Source: Patescibacteria group bacterium
Lineage (GTDB): Bacteria; Patescibacteriota; Patescibacteriia; UBA10025; JBIOWE01
Length of the DNA stretch: 47,129 nucleotides
Direction: 5' to 3'
NCBI GenBank assembly: GCA_044868145.1
Contig: JBIOWE010000006.1
Span: forward strand, 350,537 to 397,665
Positions 26,951-35,014 of the stretch are shown one piece after another. A model generated the notes under the pieces. That model saw only the letters and a list, made by a program, of their open reading frames with translations, did no database searches and was not told the DNA's origin. The position numbers were made by a program, and so were the translations under genes. The first letter of the stretch is position 1; every line of letters starts with the position of its first letter.

Positions 26951-27030
26951 AAAAGTAAAAACTAAAAAGTAAAAGTTAAAAATTTCGGAATATTTCAATC
27001 ATTTTTACTTTTTCCTTTTTAATTTTTAAC
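26951..27030. repeat. AT-rich imperfect palindromic element, copy A
   Basis: AAAAGTAAAA-type arms on the left and TTTTACTTTT/TTTCCTTTTT arms on the right flank the core GGAATATTTCAATCATTTTT. A second copy lies at 33913-33990. Confidence 0.75.
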
Positions 27031-27039
27031 TTGAACCAT

Positions 27040-27648
27040 ATGACCATCGTTCTCCCTAAACAAAAACAGCGTATCCTTGAATATCTCAAGGACTACATCA
27101 AACGGCATGGCTATGCTCCTACCCTATCGGAGATCGCGCGCAAGTTTCAGGTTACGTCGCTCGCGACTGTGCATGAACATCTTGAAAAGCTCGAGCGGTT
27201 GGGATTTATCAAGCGCGACAACAAGCCACGGGAACTGCGCATCGTGGCGGACGAAGCGGCACCGTCCGAGGACGCTGTCTCGTTACCCATCGTGGGCACG
27301 ATAACCGCAGGCCAGCCAATCGAAGCAATCGAACATATTGAAGAAGGCATGCCGGTGCCGAAACAACTCATAGGCAACAAGCGCGCATACATTTTGCGCG
27401 TGAAAGGCGATTCCATGATCGAAAGTCTTATTGCCGACGGTGATTACGTCATCCTGGAAAAAACCGAGTACGCCAAAGACGGCGACATGGTCGTCGCGCT
27501 TCTTGAAGATGGGACTGCGACGCTCAAGAAATTCTTTAAAACGAGGAATCTCATTCGCCTGCAACCGGCCAATAAGAAATATAAGCCGTTGTACACGAAA
27601 AATGTGATTATCCAAGGAAGAGTAATTGGGATTATTAGGAAGTTCTAA
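27040..27648 (+). CDS. lexA: LexA repressor (S24 self-cleaving)
   Basis: N-terminal wHTH (GYAPTLSEIARKFQVTSLATVHEHLEKLERLGFI), an Ala-Gly cleavage site (TITAGQP), the GDSM serine and a downstream Lys (ATLKKF). An alternative TTG start lies at 27031. Confidence 0.9.
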   Translation: MTIVLPKQKQRILEYLKDYIKRHGYAPTLSEIARKFQVTSLATVHEHLEKLERLGFIKRDNKPRELRIVADEAAPSEDAVSLPIVGTITAGQPIEAIEHIEEGMPVPKQLIGNKRAYILRVKGDSMIESLIADGDYVILEKTEYAKDGDMVVALLEDGTATLKKFFKTRNLIRLQPANKKYKPLYTKNVIIQGRVIGIIRKF

Positions 27649-28194
27649 ACCGCCTACTGACGTTAATGACGAAGTTTAAATGAATGCCCAAACGATTAAA
27701 TGTCCGAATGCTGCACTGGCTTTGACGCAAAAAACATAGCACTGCAGATTAAGATGTAGTTCAGCATTGAGTACTACCCTCATAAGTTAGCACCTAGAGA
27801 ATTCTTGAACCGCCCAGACTAACCACCCATTTTCACAAAGTTTGGGGCTTGTATTTCAAAAAATGTTTTACAACCGAGCGCAGGTCGCCGTGCCCCGTAT
27901 AATATTTTACGGGGCCGTGCCTACGATCGGTGCATTCTGGTCCATTGTCCATTTCTGGCGCTTTTTTGACCGTACAAAAAGCGGTAAATAAAGAACGGTG
28001 TACCTCGGTTCATCACCATCGTGCCCACAGCCTTCGGCTCTGAGGCTCAGGCTCGAAGAGTGAGGTGCTCTGGGTTGGTATTGATCGTCCAAAAAGCGGT
28101 AAACAAAGTTGATTGCAAGCTAATCCTGCTACACGCACCGGCTTGCAGCAAAAATAGCTGTGTGACTCTTTTAAGGCATCGGCTGTCTTTTTTG

Positions 28195-28325
28195 AAAAAA
28201 AAATAAGGAGTAAGCGCTTGGAACAAATGTTCTTTGCAAACTTACTCCTGAGAGTTGAGTCGTCAGGGCATCCCCCCGTGACTGTTCCTGGCTTCCAAAT
28301 CATGGACACAATGCAAGGGAACTGT
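28195..28325 (-). ncRNA. Candidate small transcript 2 (promoter-to-terminator unit, function unknown)
   Basis: On the minus strand: TTGCGC (28359-28354), a 17-nt spacer and TATACT (28336-28331). About 130 nt downstream comes AGGAGTAAG-N26-CTTACTCCT followed by TATTTTTTTT (28249-28195). Confidence 0.3.
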
Positions 28326-28362
28326 TCAAAAGTATAGCTCTCTTTTTTCAAATGCGCAAGCA

Positions 28363-28506
28363 AATAAAAAAGGGGTAGAAAGTTTGGATGATTTTTAAAA
28401 TCATTTACATTCTCCACCCCAATTCATTTTACCTTAGTTTCTTCTTTTGGAAGAAATGTTGGTCAGACTAGATCTATTCTTTTGAAGGAACTTCACTAAT
28501 CAATGT
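28363..28506 (-). ncRNA. Candidate small transcript 1 (promoter-to-terminator unit, function unknown)
   Basis: On the minus strand: TTGACA (28541-28536), a 17-nt spacer and TAGAAT (28518-28513). About 140 nt downstream is a long hairpin, GGGGTGGAGAA..ATGATTTTaAAAATCAT..TTTCTACCCC, followed by TTTTTTATTT (28420-28363). Confidence 0.35.
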
Positions 28507-28550
28507 AAAATCATTCTATACTATCGTTGTTTTCTTGTCAAAGCCCCACC

Positions 28551-28661
28551 TGTGGATAACTCCCCCCACACCAATTTTCAACCAACCTGGACATTAAGAA
28601 AGGTTCTATTTACAGTATAGAGCTTCTTAAATGTGTGTTTTTTGTAAAACTGGTGTGGGGG
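28551..28661 (-). repeat. Composite 3'-end element, copy 1: C5ACACC/GGTGTGGGGG inverted repeat plus an adjacent GTTATCCACAG box
   Basis: CCCCCACACC (28563-28572) pairs with GGTGTGGGGG (28652-28661) across a 79-nt spacer that holds the tsaB stop. TGTGGATAA lies at 28551-28559. The same architecture occurs at 43554-43664. Confidence 0.7.
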
Positions 28662-29058
28662 TTATATTGGGCTCCCTTCCATAGAAAGGAGCGACAAATG
28701 CGCCCATTTTCGTACGCTTGAACTTTTTGAGTCCGTTTAATAGTGTGTTTTTCGTGGTGGATTGTGCAGAGGAGCGGACGCCCACAACTGGGATTCCCAA
28801 GCTAAAAGCTAGGGCGTTCGCGGTAACCACCCCAATGCGGACCGCGGTGAAGCCACCTGGGCCTTCTGCAACAATGATCCCCTGAAGATTCTCGAGGGTT
28901 GCTTTTGTCGTGCGCAGACTGGCGCGAATCGCAGGCAAGAGTTTTTTACCCTGGTCGTAGCGAATGGACACATTGCGCCATATTAAAATCCGACCCGTCG
29001 GTGTGGCAAGGGCAACTGCCATTCTGTCGTCGCGGGTGGTGTTAATGAAAAGCACCAT
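28627..29058 (-). CDS. tsaB: tRNA t6A biosynthesis protein TsaB (short, N-terminal-domain form)
   Basis: 143-aa ORF with ..LENLQGIIVAEGPGGFTAVRIGVVTANALAFSLGIPVVGV.., typical of TsaB/YeaZ. Confidence 0.8.
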   Translation of the reverse strand: MVLFINTTRDDRMAVALATPTGRILIWRNVSIRYDQGKKLLPAIRASLRTTKATLENLQGIIVAEGPGGFTAVRIGVVTANALAFSLGIPVVGVRSSAQSTTKNTLLNGLKKFKRTKMGAFVAPFYGREPNITPTPVLQKTHI

Positions 29059-29063
29059 GCGGT

Positions 29064-29627
29064 TTACTTTTTCTTCAGCCGGTCAACGATAATGACATGG
29101 CTGCTTTCCATAAGATCATAGAGGAATTTATCCGTCAGATTGTTGCGAAATTCATATTCTTGTTTGGACATAATCGTATAGCGAATGTGATCGTCGAACT
29201 GCTTGCGCAGCGACTGTACGAGCCGCTTCAACTTTTTTCGATTCACCTTCCCTACAATGAATATGTCGGTTTTTGCGTTTTTCGAGCCGGTGAACACTCC
29301 CGTAAGCATCAAAAAGGAAATTTGCCCGATTTTACGTAGTTGAGCGGTCAGTTCTTTTTCAAGGGTGAGCTGCGACTTTACGATCAGGTTCTTGAGCTCA
29401 CGGAACAAAATGAATGATTGGTCGACGCGGTAGAATTTCTTCTTTCCGGATGGATAGGATCCAAGCAGGCCGATCGATTCCAGATTCTCGAGCTCGCGTC
29501 GTACGGAGTTGATTCTCTCACCAATACGACGCGTCAGCTCACGTACAAAAAAACTCTTCTCGGGATTCGAGAGAAAAATACGCAGGAGCTTTACGCGAGT
29601 TCTTGAACCAAAAAGTTGATCAATCAT
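29064..29627 (-). CDS. Winged-helix transcriptional regulator (ArsR-like N-terminus) with an uncharacterised C-terminal domain
   Basis: 187-aa ORF with SRTRVKLLRIFLSNPEKSFFVRELTRRIGERINSVRRELENLESIGLL. Confidence 0.7.
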   Translation of the reverse strand: MIDQLFGSRTRVKLLRIFLSNPEKSFFVRELTRRIGERINSVRRELENLESIGLLGSYPSGKKKFYRVDQSFILFRELKNLIVKSQLTLEKELTAQLRKIGQISFLMLTGVFTGSKNAKTDIFIVGKVNRKKLKRLVQSLRKQFDDHIRYTIMSKQEYEFRNNLTDKFLYDLMESSHVIIVDRLKKK

Positions 29628-29703
29628 ATGAAGAAAAACTCTTGCCTCACCGTCTTAATATAAGTATAATGACAAACGTACCGCTTTGGCAAGATCAACG
29701 CGT

Positions 29704-31956
29704 ATGTCAGCAACGACGATCGAAAAACTTCTTATTCATGATCCCACAAAAAGCGCAACCTCAACGCATGTTTTTGTCGCACATCCGTCTGATGCTGAAG
29801 GGAAAACATTAGGCAGAATTTTCGTTTTGACAGAATTTTCTGAACGCCGCCCAGACCACGAAACGATCATTAAGCATATTCAAGAAACGTTCAAAAACGC
29901 GTACTATCAAACCAATGAATTGAGCATAGATACGGCGTTTGAACAGGCCCTGGAAAAAGTAAACCTGGAAATCGCCCAGCTCATGCGCTCGCATGAACAA
30001 GACATTGTTTCGCGCCTCAACATTGTCGCCGGTGTCGCAAAGGAAAAATACCTGCTCTTTGCCGCCGTTGGAAACGTGCACATTTTTTTATGCCATAAGA
30101 ACAAAATTACCGACGTGCTTGCAGGACACAAACGATATAACGACAAAGTCAATCCTTTGAAATTTTTCTCGCACATCATCTCGGGGTCGCTCTCGGAGCA
30201 GGACGCCGTCATTATCGCGACGCCCGCAATTATGGACTATCTGTCCCAGGAAAAGCTGCGCCGGGTTGTTTCCGATTATAGCCCGACCGAAGCCGTTATC
30301 ACAGTGGAGCGCACCTTACAAGACGCCCCGCAAACCCAATCCTTCGCCGCGATTGTTATGAAACGCGATACGGTGGCCGCGCCTGCCGGCTTTACCACTG
30401 CGCAAGGTCCAACGCAAGCTTCGGAATATATGGCGCCGCAGTCCTCACTGGCCCGCCTCGAGGAAAAAAAACAAGCGACCAATCGGTTACTCACGCCATC
30501 GCTACGAACGTACGTGTCGGAAACTGCGGCGAACACGCTACGAAAAATTGGCTATTTCATCCGGACAAAAATCCTCCGCCAATCTCCGCGGCGAGTGCAA
30601 TTCCAGATTGAAAAACGGTATTACACTTCGTATGCAACAAAGCAGCCAAAAGAAGGGTCAGCGCTCAAAGGTAAGCTAACCAAAACGAGCAGAACGCTTT
30701 TTAGCGTGATACTGGGCGGGTTGCGATTTGTCGTGGCGGCGATTCTCAATCCAAAACAAACGCTGCAAAGCGCGAGCGGCGCGACCCAGGCATCGGCCAC
30801 GTTCATGAACCGTTCAGTCAACTGGTTTAAGTCGCTCTCAAGGCTGCAGAAATCGCTTTTTGTTCTGGCGCTTGTTATTGCCGCCGTATTCAGCCAATCA
30901 ATTATTCTCTACGGCAAAGGGCGATTGACGCAAACGCAACACTCAAGCTTTGAGGATAGCGTTGCGGCGATTTCCCAAAAAATTACTGAAGCTGAAGCCC
31001 GACTCTCATATGGCGATGACGCAGGCGCCGCACTGGTGCTACAAAGCGCCCAGTCACTCGTTGATCAATTGCCAAATCGGAAGAAATCAGAAAAAGAAAA
31101 AATTGCTGAACTAAACGCACGTATCGAATCGCAGCGGGAGAAAACACGACGGAGAACAGTTATCGCCAATCCCAGCTCACTGGCAGATTTCTCGACACTA
31201 AACGTGAACGTCCGCATGGCGGAGCTCGCGCTTATTAATAGCACGCTCTACGGCCTCGGTTCCAATCCATCACTCCTGGCGAGTATTGACTTGTCCACCA
31301 ATAAACTGGAAACCGTTTCCGAAAATCTTGGAGGTTCCTTCCAATATAGTACGCTGACGCCGACTGGGACGCTTCTCTTGCTCGCATCGGATTTTTCCTT
31401 GCAGGAATTTTCTTTCAGAAAAAGCACTCTTTCCAAAATCGCGTTTTCACTGCCCACAACCGACGCGAATATCACCGACATAACGACGTATGAAAATCGT
31501 TTATACCTCCTCGACGTACGAAATAACCAGATCTACCGTGCTTCTAAAGTAGGCACGGGCTACAACCAAGCTGCGCCGTGGATTAAGGAACTCGGCGTCG
31601 ACGTCAGCACTGGACGATCGATAACCGTTGACGGGTATGTGTATGTCGCGCTCGAAAACGGCCAAGTATTGCAGTTCCTCCAGGGCAATCGCCAGAGCTT
31701 TGCGCTTGAAACGATTGAACCGGCTCTTGAACACTCTGACCGAATATGGACCAGCGCAGACTCTGATAGACTCTATCTTCTTGATGCAAAGGGCAAACGC
31801 GTTTTAGTCTTCAACAAGAGCGGAACGCTCAAGCGCCAATACTTCTCAGAGCAATTCAGTGACCTCAAAGATTTTGCGGTCCGAGAAGACGCGAATCGCG
31901 TCTATGTATTAAATGGATCACAAGTGTTTGAAATCAGCTTAGATGATATACCGTAA
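29704..31956 (+). CDS. Membrane protein with an N-terminal PP2C/SpoIIE-like domain, a TM segment and a C-terminal beta-propeller-like repeat region
   Basis: About 750 aa. The central TM is LFVLALVIAAVFSQSIILY. The C-terminus has repeated blades (RLYLLDVRNNQIYR, YVYVALENGQVLQF, RLYLLDAKGKRVLVF, RVYVLNGSQVFEI). I chose ATG 29704; the track starts at TTG 29686. Confidence 0.65.
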   Translation: MSATTIEKLLIHDPTKSATSTHVFVAHPSDAEGKTLGRIFVLTEFSERRPDHETIIKHIQETFKNAYYQTNELSIDTAFEQALEKVNLEIAQLMRSHEQDIVSRLNIVAGVAKEKYLLFAAVGNVHIFLCHKNKITDVLAGHKRYNDKVNPLKFFSHIISGSLSEQDAVIIATPAIMDYLSQEKLRRVVSDYSPTEAVITVERTLQDAPQTQSFAAIVMKRDTVAAPAGFTTAQGPTQASEYMAPQSSLARLEEKKQATNRLLTPSLRTYVSETAANTLRKIGYFIRTKILRQSPRRVQFQIEKRYYTSYATKQPKEGSALKGKLTKTSRTLFSVILGGLRFVVAAILNPKQTLQSASGATQASATFMNRSVNWFKSLSRLQKSLFVLALVIAAVFSQSIILYGKGRLTQTQHSSFEDSVAAISQKITEAEARLSYGDDAGAALVLQSAQSLVDQLPNRKKSEKEKIAELNARIESQREKTRRRTVIANPSSLADFSTLNVNVRMAELALINSTLYGLGSNPSLLASIDLSTNKLETVSENLGGSFQYSTLTPTGTLLLLASDFSLQEFSFRKSTLSKIAFSLPTTDANITDITTYENRLYLLDVRNNQIYRASKVGTGYNQAAPWIKELGVDVSTGRSITVDGYVYVALENGQVLQFLQGNRQSFALETIEPALEHSDRIWTSADSDRLYLLDAKGKRVLVFNKSGTLKRQYFSEQFSDLKDFAVREDANRVYVLNGSQVFEISLDDIP

Positions 31957-31996
31957 CCCTGCACCACTTTTACGACATCTCCTCTACGTAAATAAT

Positions 31997-32030
31997 AAAA
32001 GACGCTCGTTCATCAAAACGAGTGTCTTTA
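31997..32030. terminator. Bidirectional hairpin terminator between convergent genes
   Basis: AAAAGACGCTCGTT-catcaa-AACGAGTGTCTTTA, nested inside an 11-bp outer inverted repeat ACCACTTTTAC/GTAAAAGTGGT (31963-31973 and 32049-32059). Confidence 0.6.
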
Positions 32031-32065
32031 TGTGAGCATTAGGACAAGGTAAAAGTGGTACGAGA

Positions 32066-32467
32066 TTATTTGAGGGTCGCTTTCCCACCAGCTTCCTCAA
32101 TTTTCTTCTTCAGTTCCTCAGCCTCTTGCTTGGAAGCGCCTTCTTTAATAACCTTCGGTGCGCCGTCCACCAAGTCCTTTGCTTCTTTTAATCCCTTCTG
32201 CGTCACTTCGCGCACGACCTTGATGACGCCGATTTTGTTCGACCCTACTTCCGTGAGCTCAACGTTAAACGTTGATTGTTCTTCTGCAGCGCCGGCTGCG
32301 CCCGCGGCGGGCATGGCTGCCATCATTGGCGCTTGCGCCGAAACCCCGAACTTTTCTTCAAGAACCTTCACGAGCGCCGCGAGGTCCATCACGGAGAGCT
32401 TTTCGATCTTTTCGACGAGATCTTTGAACTGCTCCGGTACTTGTACGTCTTTTTTTTCTTCAGACAT
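32066..32467 (-). CDS. rplL: 50S ribosomal protein L7/L12
   Basis: 133-aa ORF with an Ala-rich hinge ([14 protein letters not shown]) and the C-terminal domain [33 protein letters not shown]. Confidence 0.95.
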   Translation of the reverse strand: MSEEKKDVQVPEQFKDLVEKIEKLSVMDLAALVKVLEEKFGVSAQAPMMAAMPAAGAAGAAEEQSTFNVELTEVGSNKIGVIKVVREVTQKGLKEAKDLVDGAPKVIKEGASKQEAEELKKKIEEAGGKATLK

Positions 32468-32505
32468 ATGTTTTTTAAATTAAGAATTAAAAAAATTATT
32501 AAGGA

Positions 32506-33045
32506 TTACGAATTGCCACCTGGAGCTTTAACATCTTTGATAGCGTTCAAAGCATAAACCAGCGAACGGATCGTAACGGAAAGTACAGAAACAAAGCCTG
32601 ATATCGGCGACTTGATCGTCCAAACCACCTGTGCGAGAAGCTCTTGCTTCGATGGCAACTTAGCGAGTGCGATCATGGCTTGCTTTGAGGTGAACGTCTG
32701 GTTCATGATACCGCCCGCTATTTTGAGCGCAGGATGATCTTTCGCAAATTCGTACAGTAGTTTCGCGGGTGCAACTTCATCGTTTGCGCCGAACGCTGCG
32801 CCAATGCTCCCGGCTACTTTCTCAAATTCGGACTCTGGGAGGTTGCGGTGCTTTAACGCAATTTTGAATAACGTCCGCTTAATCACATAATACTCAACAT
32901 CGTGTTCGCGAAGCGTTTTGCGCATCAAGTCTATTTCTTTTACTGTCAGGCCGTCAAAATAAACAAAAACAACCGTCTTTGCCTGGCCGAGCTTTTCCTC
33001 AAGCGTTTTGACTTGTGCTTCTTTCCATATTCTCGATTTTGGCAT
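32506..33045 (-). CDS. rplJ: 50S ribosomal protein L10
   Basis: 179-aa ORF immediately upstream of rplL. It has a typical L10 N-terminus (..VVFVYFDGLTVKEIDLMRKTLRE..). Confidence 0.93.
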   Translation of the reverse strand: MPKSRIWKEAQVKTLEEKLGQAKTVVFVYFDGLTVKEIDLMRKTLREHDVEYYVIKRTLFKIALKHRNLPESEFEKVAGSIGAAFGANDEVAPAKLLYEFAKDHPALKIAGGIMNQTFTSKQAMIALAKLPSKQELLAQVVWTIKSPISGFVSVLSVTIRSLVYALNAIKDVKAPGGNS

Positions 33046-33186
33046 AGATTAAACAAAAAATGTCTGGGGATCACCACAGACATACGTCCTTCAACTATTA
33101 GCTATAAGCTAACGGCTGGACTCGCCTCGGTAGGAAATTAATTCGCCGGCGTGGCGAAACCTACTGTCTGTGGCACTTTTATTGTA
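33046..33186 (-). promoter_or_regulatory. Ribosomal protein L10 leader-like 5' UTR with alternative long-range stem and terminator hairpin
   Basis: On the minus strand, CCACAGACA (33173-33165) pairs with TGTCTGTGG (33082-33074). That same segment can instead form ATGTCTG..CAGACAT followed by TTTTTTG, just before the rplJ ATG. Confidence 0.5.
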
Positions 33187-33192
33187 TTCGGC

Positions 33193-33220
33193 AGTATAAC
33201 AGATATGGAAAAGGCGTCAA
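33193..33220 (-). promoter_or_regulatory. Sigma70-like promoter for rplJL
   Basis: On the minus strand: TTGACG (33220-33215), a 16-nt spacer, then TATACT (33198-33193). Confidence 0.5.
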
Positions 33221-33222
33221 GA

Positions 33223-33906
33223 CTATTCTATCGTTGTGCCCACGAATCGCTTTCCTTGAAGAATGCGCCGTACATTTTTGAGATTTTGGCCTTTGCAAAT
33301 AATCACGCGCAATCCTGAGGCGTGAGCCAGTTTTGCCGCGACTGGATCAAACGGCCAATTTGCGCCGGGGTCCCACTTTGAACCGACCATGCGCCGGTAC
33401 GCGCTCCAGCTCGTGCGCTTCAATGGTTTGGCCCGCCTGGACTTGTTTGGATCGCGGTCATAGACATATGGAATATTCGTCAAGTTTATGATCGCGGGCG
33501 CTTCATACATTTTGGCGAGCTTAACCGCATCATAATCCGTAGACCAGCCAGGTTTCCATCCGGCTGCCAATATAACTTTCTTGCGTATAACTTGCTTGCG
33601 TGAATAATCTTTGATTACTACCGGGTGCGCCACCGTTCGGAAAATGGTCCGCAGCAAATGCGCGTTTAGTCGTGTCGCATGGATGCCGAGCCAATCAAGA
33701 TCATCAGCACTCAATCCCCCAACCTGCTTCGCAGCTTTTTGGTACAGCCGCGTGATTTTTCCGCCGCCGACGATAATAAAAAAACGCTTTCGCTGCTTGA
33801 TTTCGCGAAGAATGAGCGCACGGAATCCTTTCAAGAACCGCACGCTAATCTCATGATCGCCCGGCACTACAACCGAACCGCCGAGTGAAATGATATACGT
33901 CTGCAT
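33223..33906 (-). CDS. pyrH: Amino-acid-kinase family protein, archaeal-type UMP kinase-like
   Basis: YIISLGGSVV.., IVGGGKITRLYQ.., GIHATRLNAHLL, AAGWKPGWSTDYDAV, TNIPYVYDRDP. I chose ATG 33906; the track starts at TTG 33927. Confidence 0.75.
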   Translation of the reverse strand: MQTYIISLGGSVVVPGDHEISVRFLKGFRALILREIKQRKRFFIIVGGGKITRLYQKAAKQVGGLSADDLDWLGIHATRLNAHLLRTIFRTVAHPVVIKDYSRKQVIRKKVILAAGWKPGWSTDYDAVKLAKMYEAPAIINLTNIPYVYDRDPNKSRRAKPLKRTSWSAYRRMVGSKWDPGANWPFDPVAAKLAHASGLRVIICKGQNLKNVRRILQGKRFVGTTIE

Positions 33907-33912
33907 ATAAGG

Positions 33913-33990
33913 AAAAAGTAAAATCAAAAAAGTAAAATTTTTGGAATATTTTCAATCATTTTTCCTTTTTGGTTTTTCCTTTTTACTTTC
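33913..33990. repeat. AT-rich imperfect palindromic element, copy B
   Basis: Same organisation as copy A, with the core GGAATATTTTCAATCATTTTT (33943-33963). It fills the gap between the mltG stop and the pyrH-like start. Confidence 0.75.
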
Positions 33991-35011
33991 ATTGAAGGTA
34001 TTTCCTCTTGTTCTCGAGATGTTCTTCGTAGGTCTTACTGAACACCGTCGAGCCGTCGGGCTTGGTAAGGAAATAGAAATAGTCGGTGTCTTCCGGATAT
34101 ACGGCTGCGTTGAGCGCGGAAAGGCTCGGATTGGAAATCGGGCCAGGCGGGAGGCCGAGGTACTTGTATGTGTTGTATGGACTGTCCACACTGATGTCGT
34201 CGCCGGTTGCCTGCAAAACATTTTTGCCGGTCACATAGTTGACCGTTGCGTCGGATTGCAAGGGATGTCGCTGTTTGAGTCTGGTCCAAAAAATGCCGGC
34301 AGCAATTTTTCGATCAGCATCGCTGCGAACCTCTTTTTCTACAATCGAAGCAAGGATCACGATATCGTATATTGAACGATTCGCATTGCGCGCGTCTCGA
34401 CCCATCTGCTCCGTAAACTTTGCGCCAAAGTTATCGAGCATCTTTTCAACTATTTGCGCTGCTGTTGTGTCCGAGAAAACTCTGTATGTATCCGGAAACA
34501 GGAAACCCTCAAGCCCTTGCTTCGCGGGCTTATCGCCCAGAAAATCATACGTTTTATCAGGAATAATGGTCCGCGTGTCAGTCACATTTGCCGCATCCAG
34601 GAAAGATTGCTTCGACGAAACTCCTTGTTTATCGAGATACTCCGCGATCTGTTGATTTGTCCAGCCCTCGATAATCCTAATAATCTTTTCATTTGCGACT
34701 GCGCCAGACGTCAAAACACCAACAGTTTCTTTGATCGAATAGTTGCGATTGAGAAGATAATCGCCAGCGATAAACGAGGCCTGCGAGCCATCAAGAAACA
34801 CGTACGTTTCGAACAGAAAAACGTTGCTTATTAAGCCTTGCTCTTTCAAATTTGATGCAATTGTTTTTACTCCTTCCCCCGCTTGTATGGAAAACGCGAC
34901 ATCAGACTTTGTTCTGCTGTTCGGCATTGAAACCAACGAAAGAAACGAGAGAAATCCTAATCCGCCAAGTACGACTATGATCCCCAGAACAATAAAAAGG
35001 AATTTTTTCAT
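33989..35011 (-). CDS. mltG: Endolytic murein transglycosylase MltG (YceG-like)
   Basis: 340-aa ORF with an N-terminal TM anchor. It carries ..ILASIVEKEV.., ..LQSDATVNY.., ..SPYNTYKYLGLPPGPISNPSLSALNAA, typical of the YceG family. Confidence 0.9.
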   Translation of the reverse strand: MKKFLFIVLGIIVVLGGLGFLSFLSLVSMPNSRTKSDVAFSIQAGEGVKTIASNLKEQGLISNVFLFETYVFLDGSQASFIAGDYLLNRNYSIKETVGVLTSGAVANEKIIRIIEGWTNQQIAEYLDKQGVSSKQSFLDAANVTDTRTIIPDKTYDFLGDKPAKQGLEGFLFPDTYRVFSDTTAAQIVEKMLDNFGAKFTEQMGRDARNANRSIYDIVILASIVEKEVRSDADRKIAAGIFWTRLKQRHPLQSDATVNYVTGKNVLQATGDDISVDSPYNTYKYLGLPPGPISNPSLSALNAAVYPEDTDYFYFLTKPDGSTVFSKTYEEHLENKRKYLQ

Positions 35012-35014
35012 ATC

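Noticed and set aside
27800-27830. GGTTCAAGAATTC on the minus strand, which resembles a tRNA/tmRNA T-arm
   Set aside because: The flanking bases do not form a 5-bp T-stem. No acceptor or anticodon arms could be built.
27971-28108. Two 23-nt direct repeats 115 bp apart, considered as a possible mini-CRISPR
   Set aside because: There are only two copies. The spacing is far longer than CRISPR spacers, the repeats are not palindromic, and no cas genes or leader lie in the window.
28221-28232. Perfect Cheo-box-like palindrome GAACAAATGTTC, about 570 bp downstream of lexA, considered as a LexA operator
   Set aside because: It lies in the loop of a terminator-like hairpin rather than over a promoter. 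No gene lies downstream, and no second copy was seen at the lexA or other promoters. A single 12-mer palindrome can occur by chance.
28013-28417. 134-aa minus-strand ORF in the lexA-tsaB gap, plus the overlapping 61-aa ORFs
   Set aside because: The composition is Cys-rich and low in complexity, and there is no RBS. The ORF reads straight through two hairpin-plus-U-run terminators and through both copies of a DNA direct repeat. I treat it as non-coding.
33941-34375. 144-aa plus-strand ORF starting inside AT-rich element copy B
   Set aside because: It is antisense to the well-supported mltG gene, and its start is formed by the repeat element.
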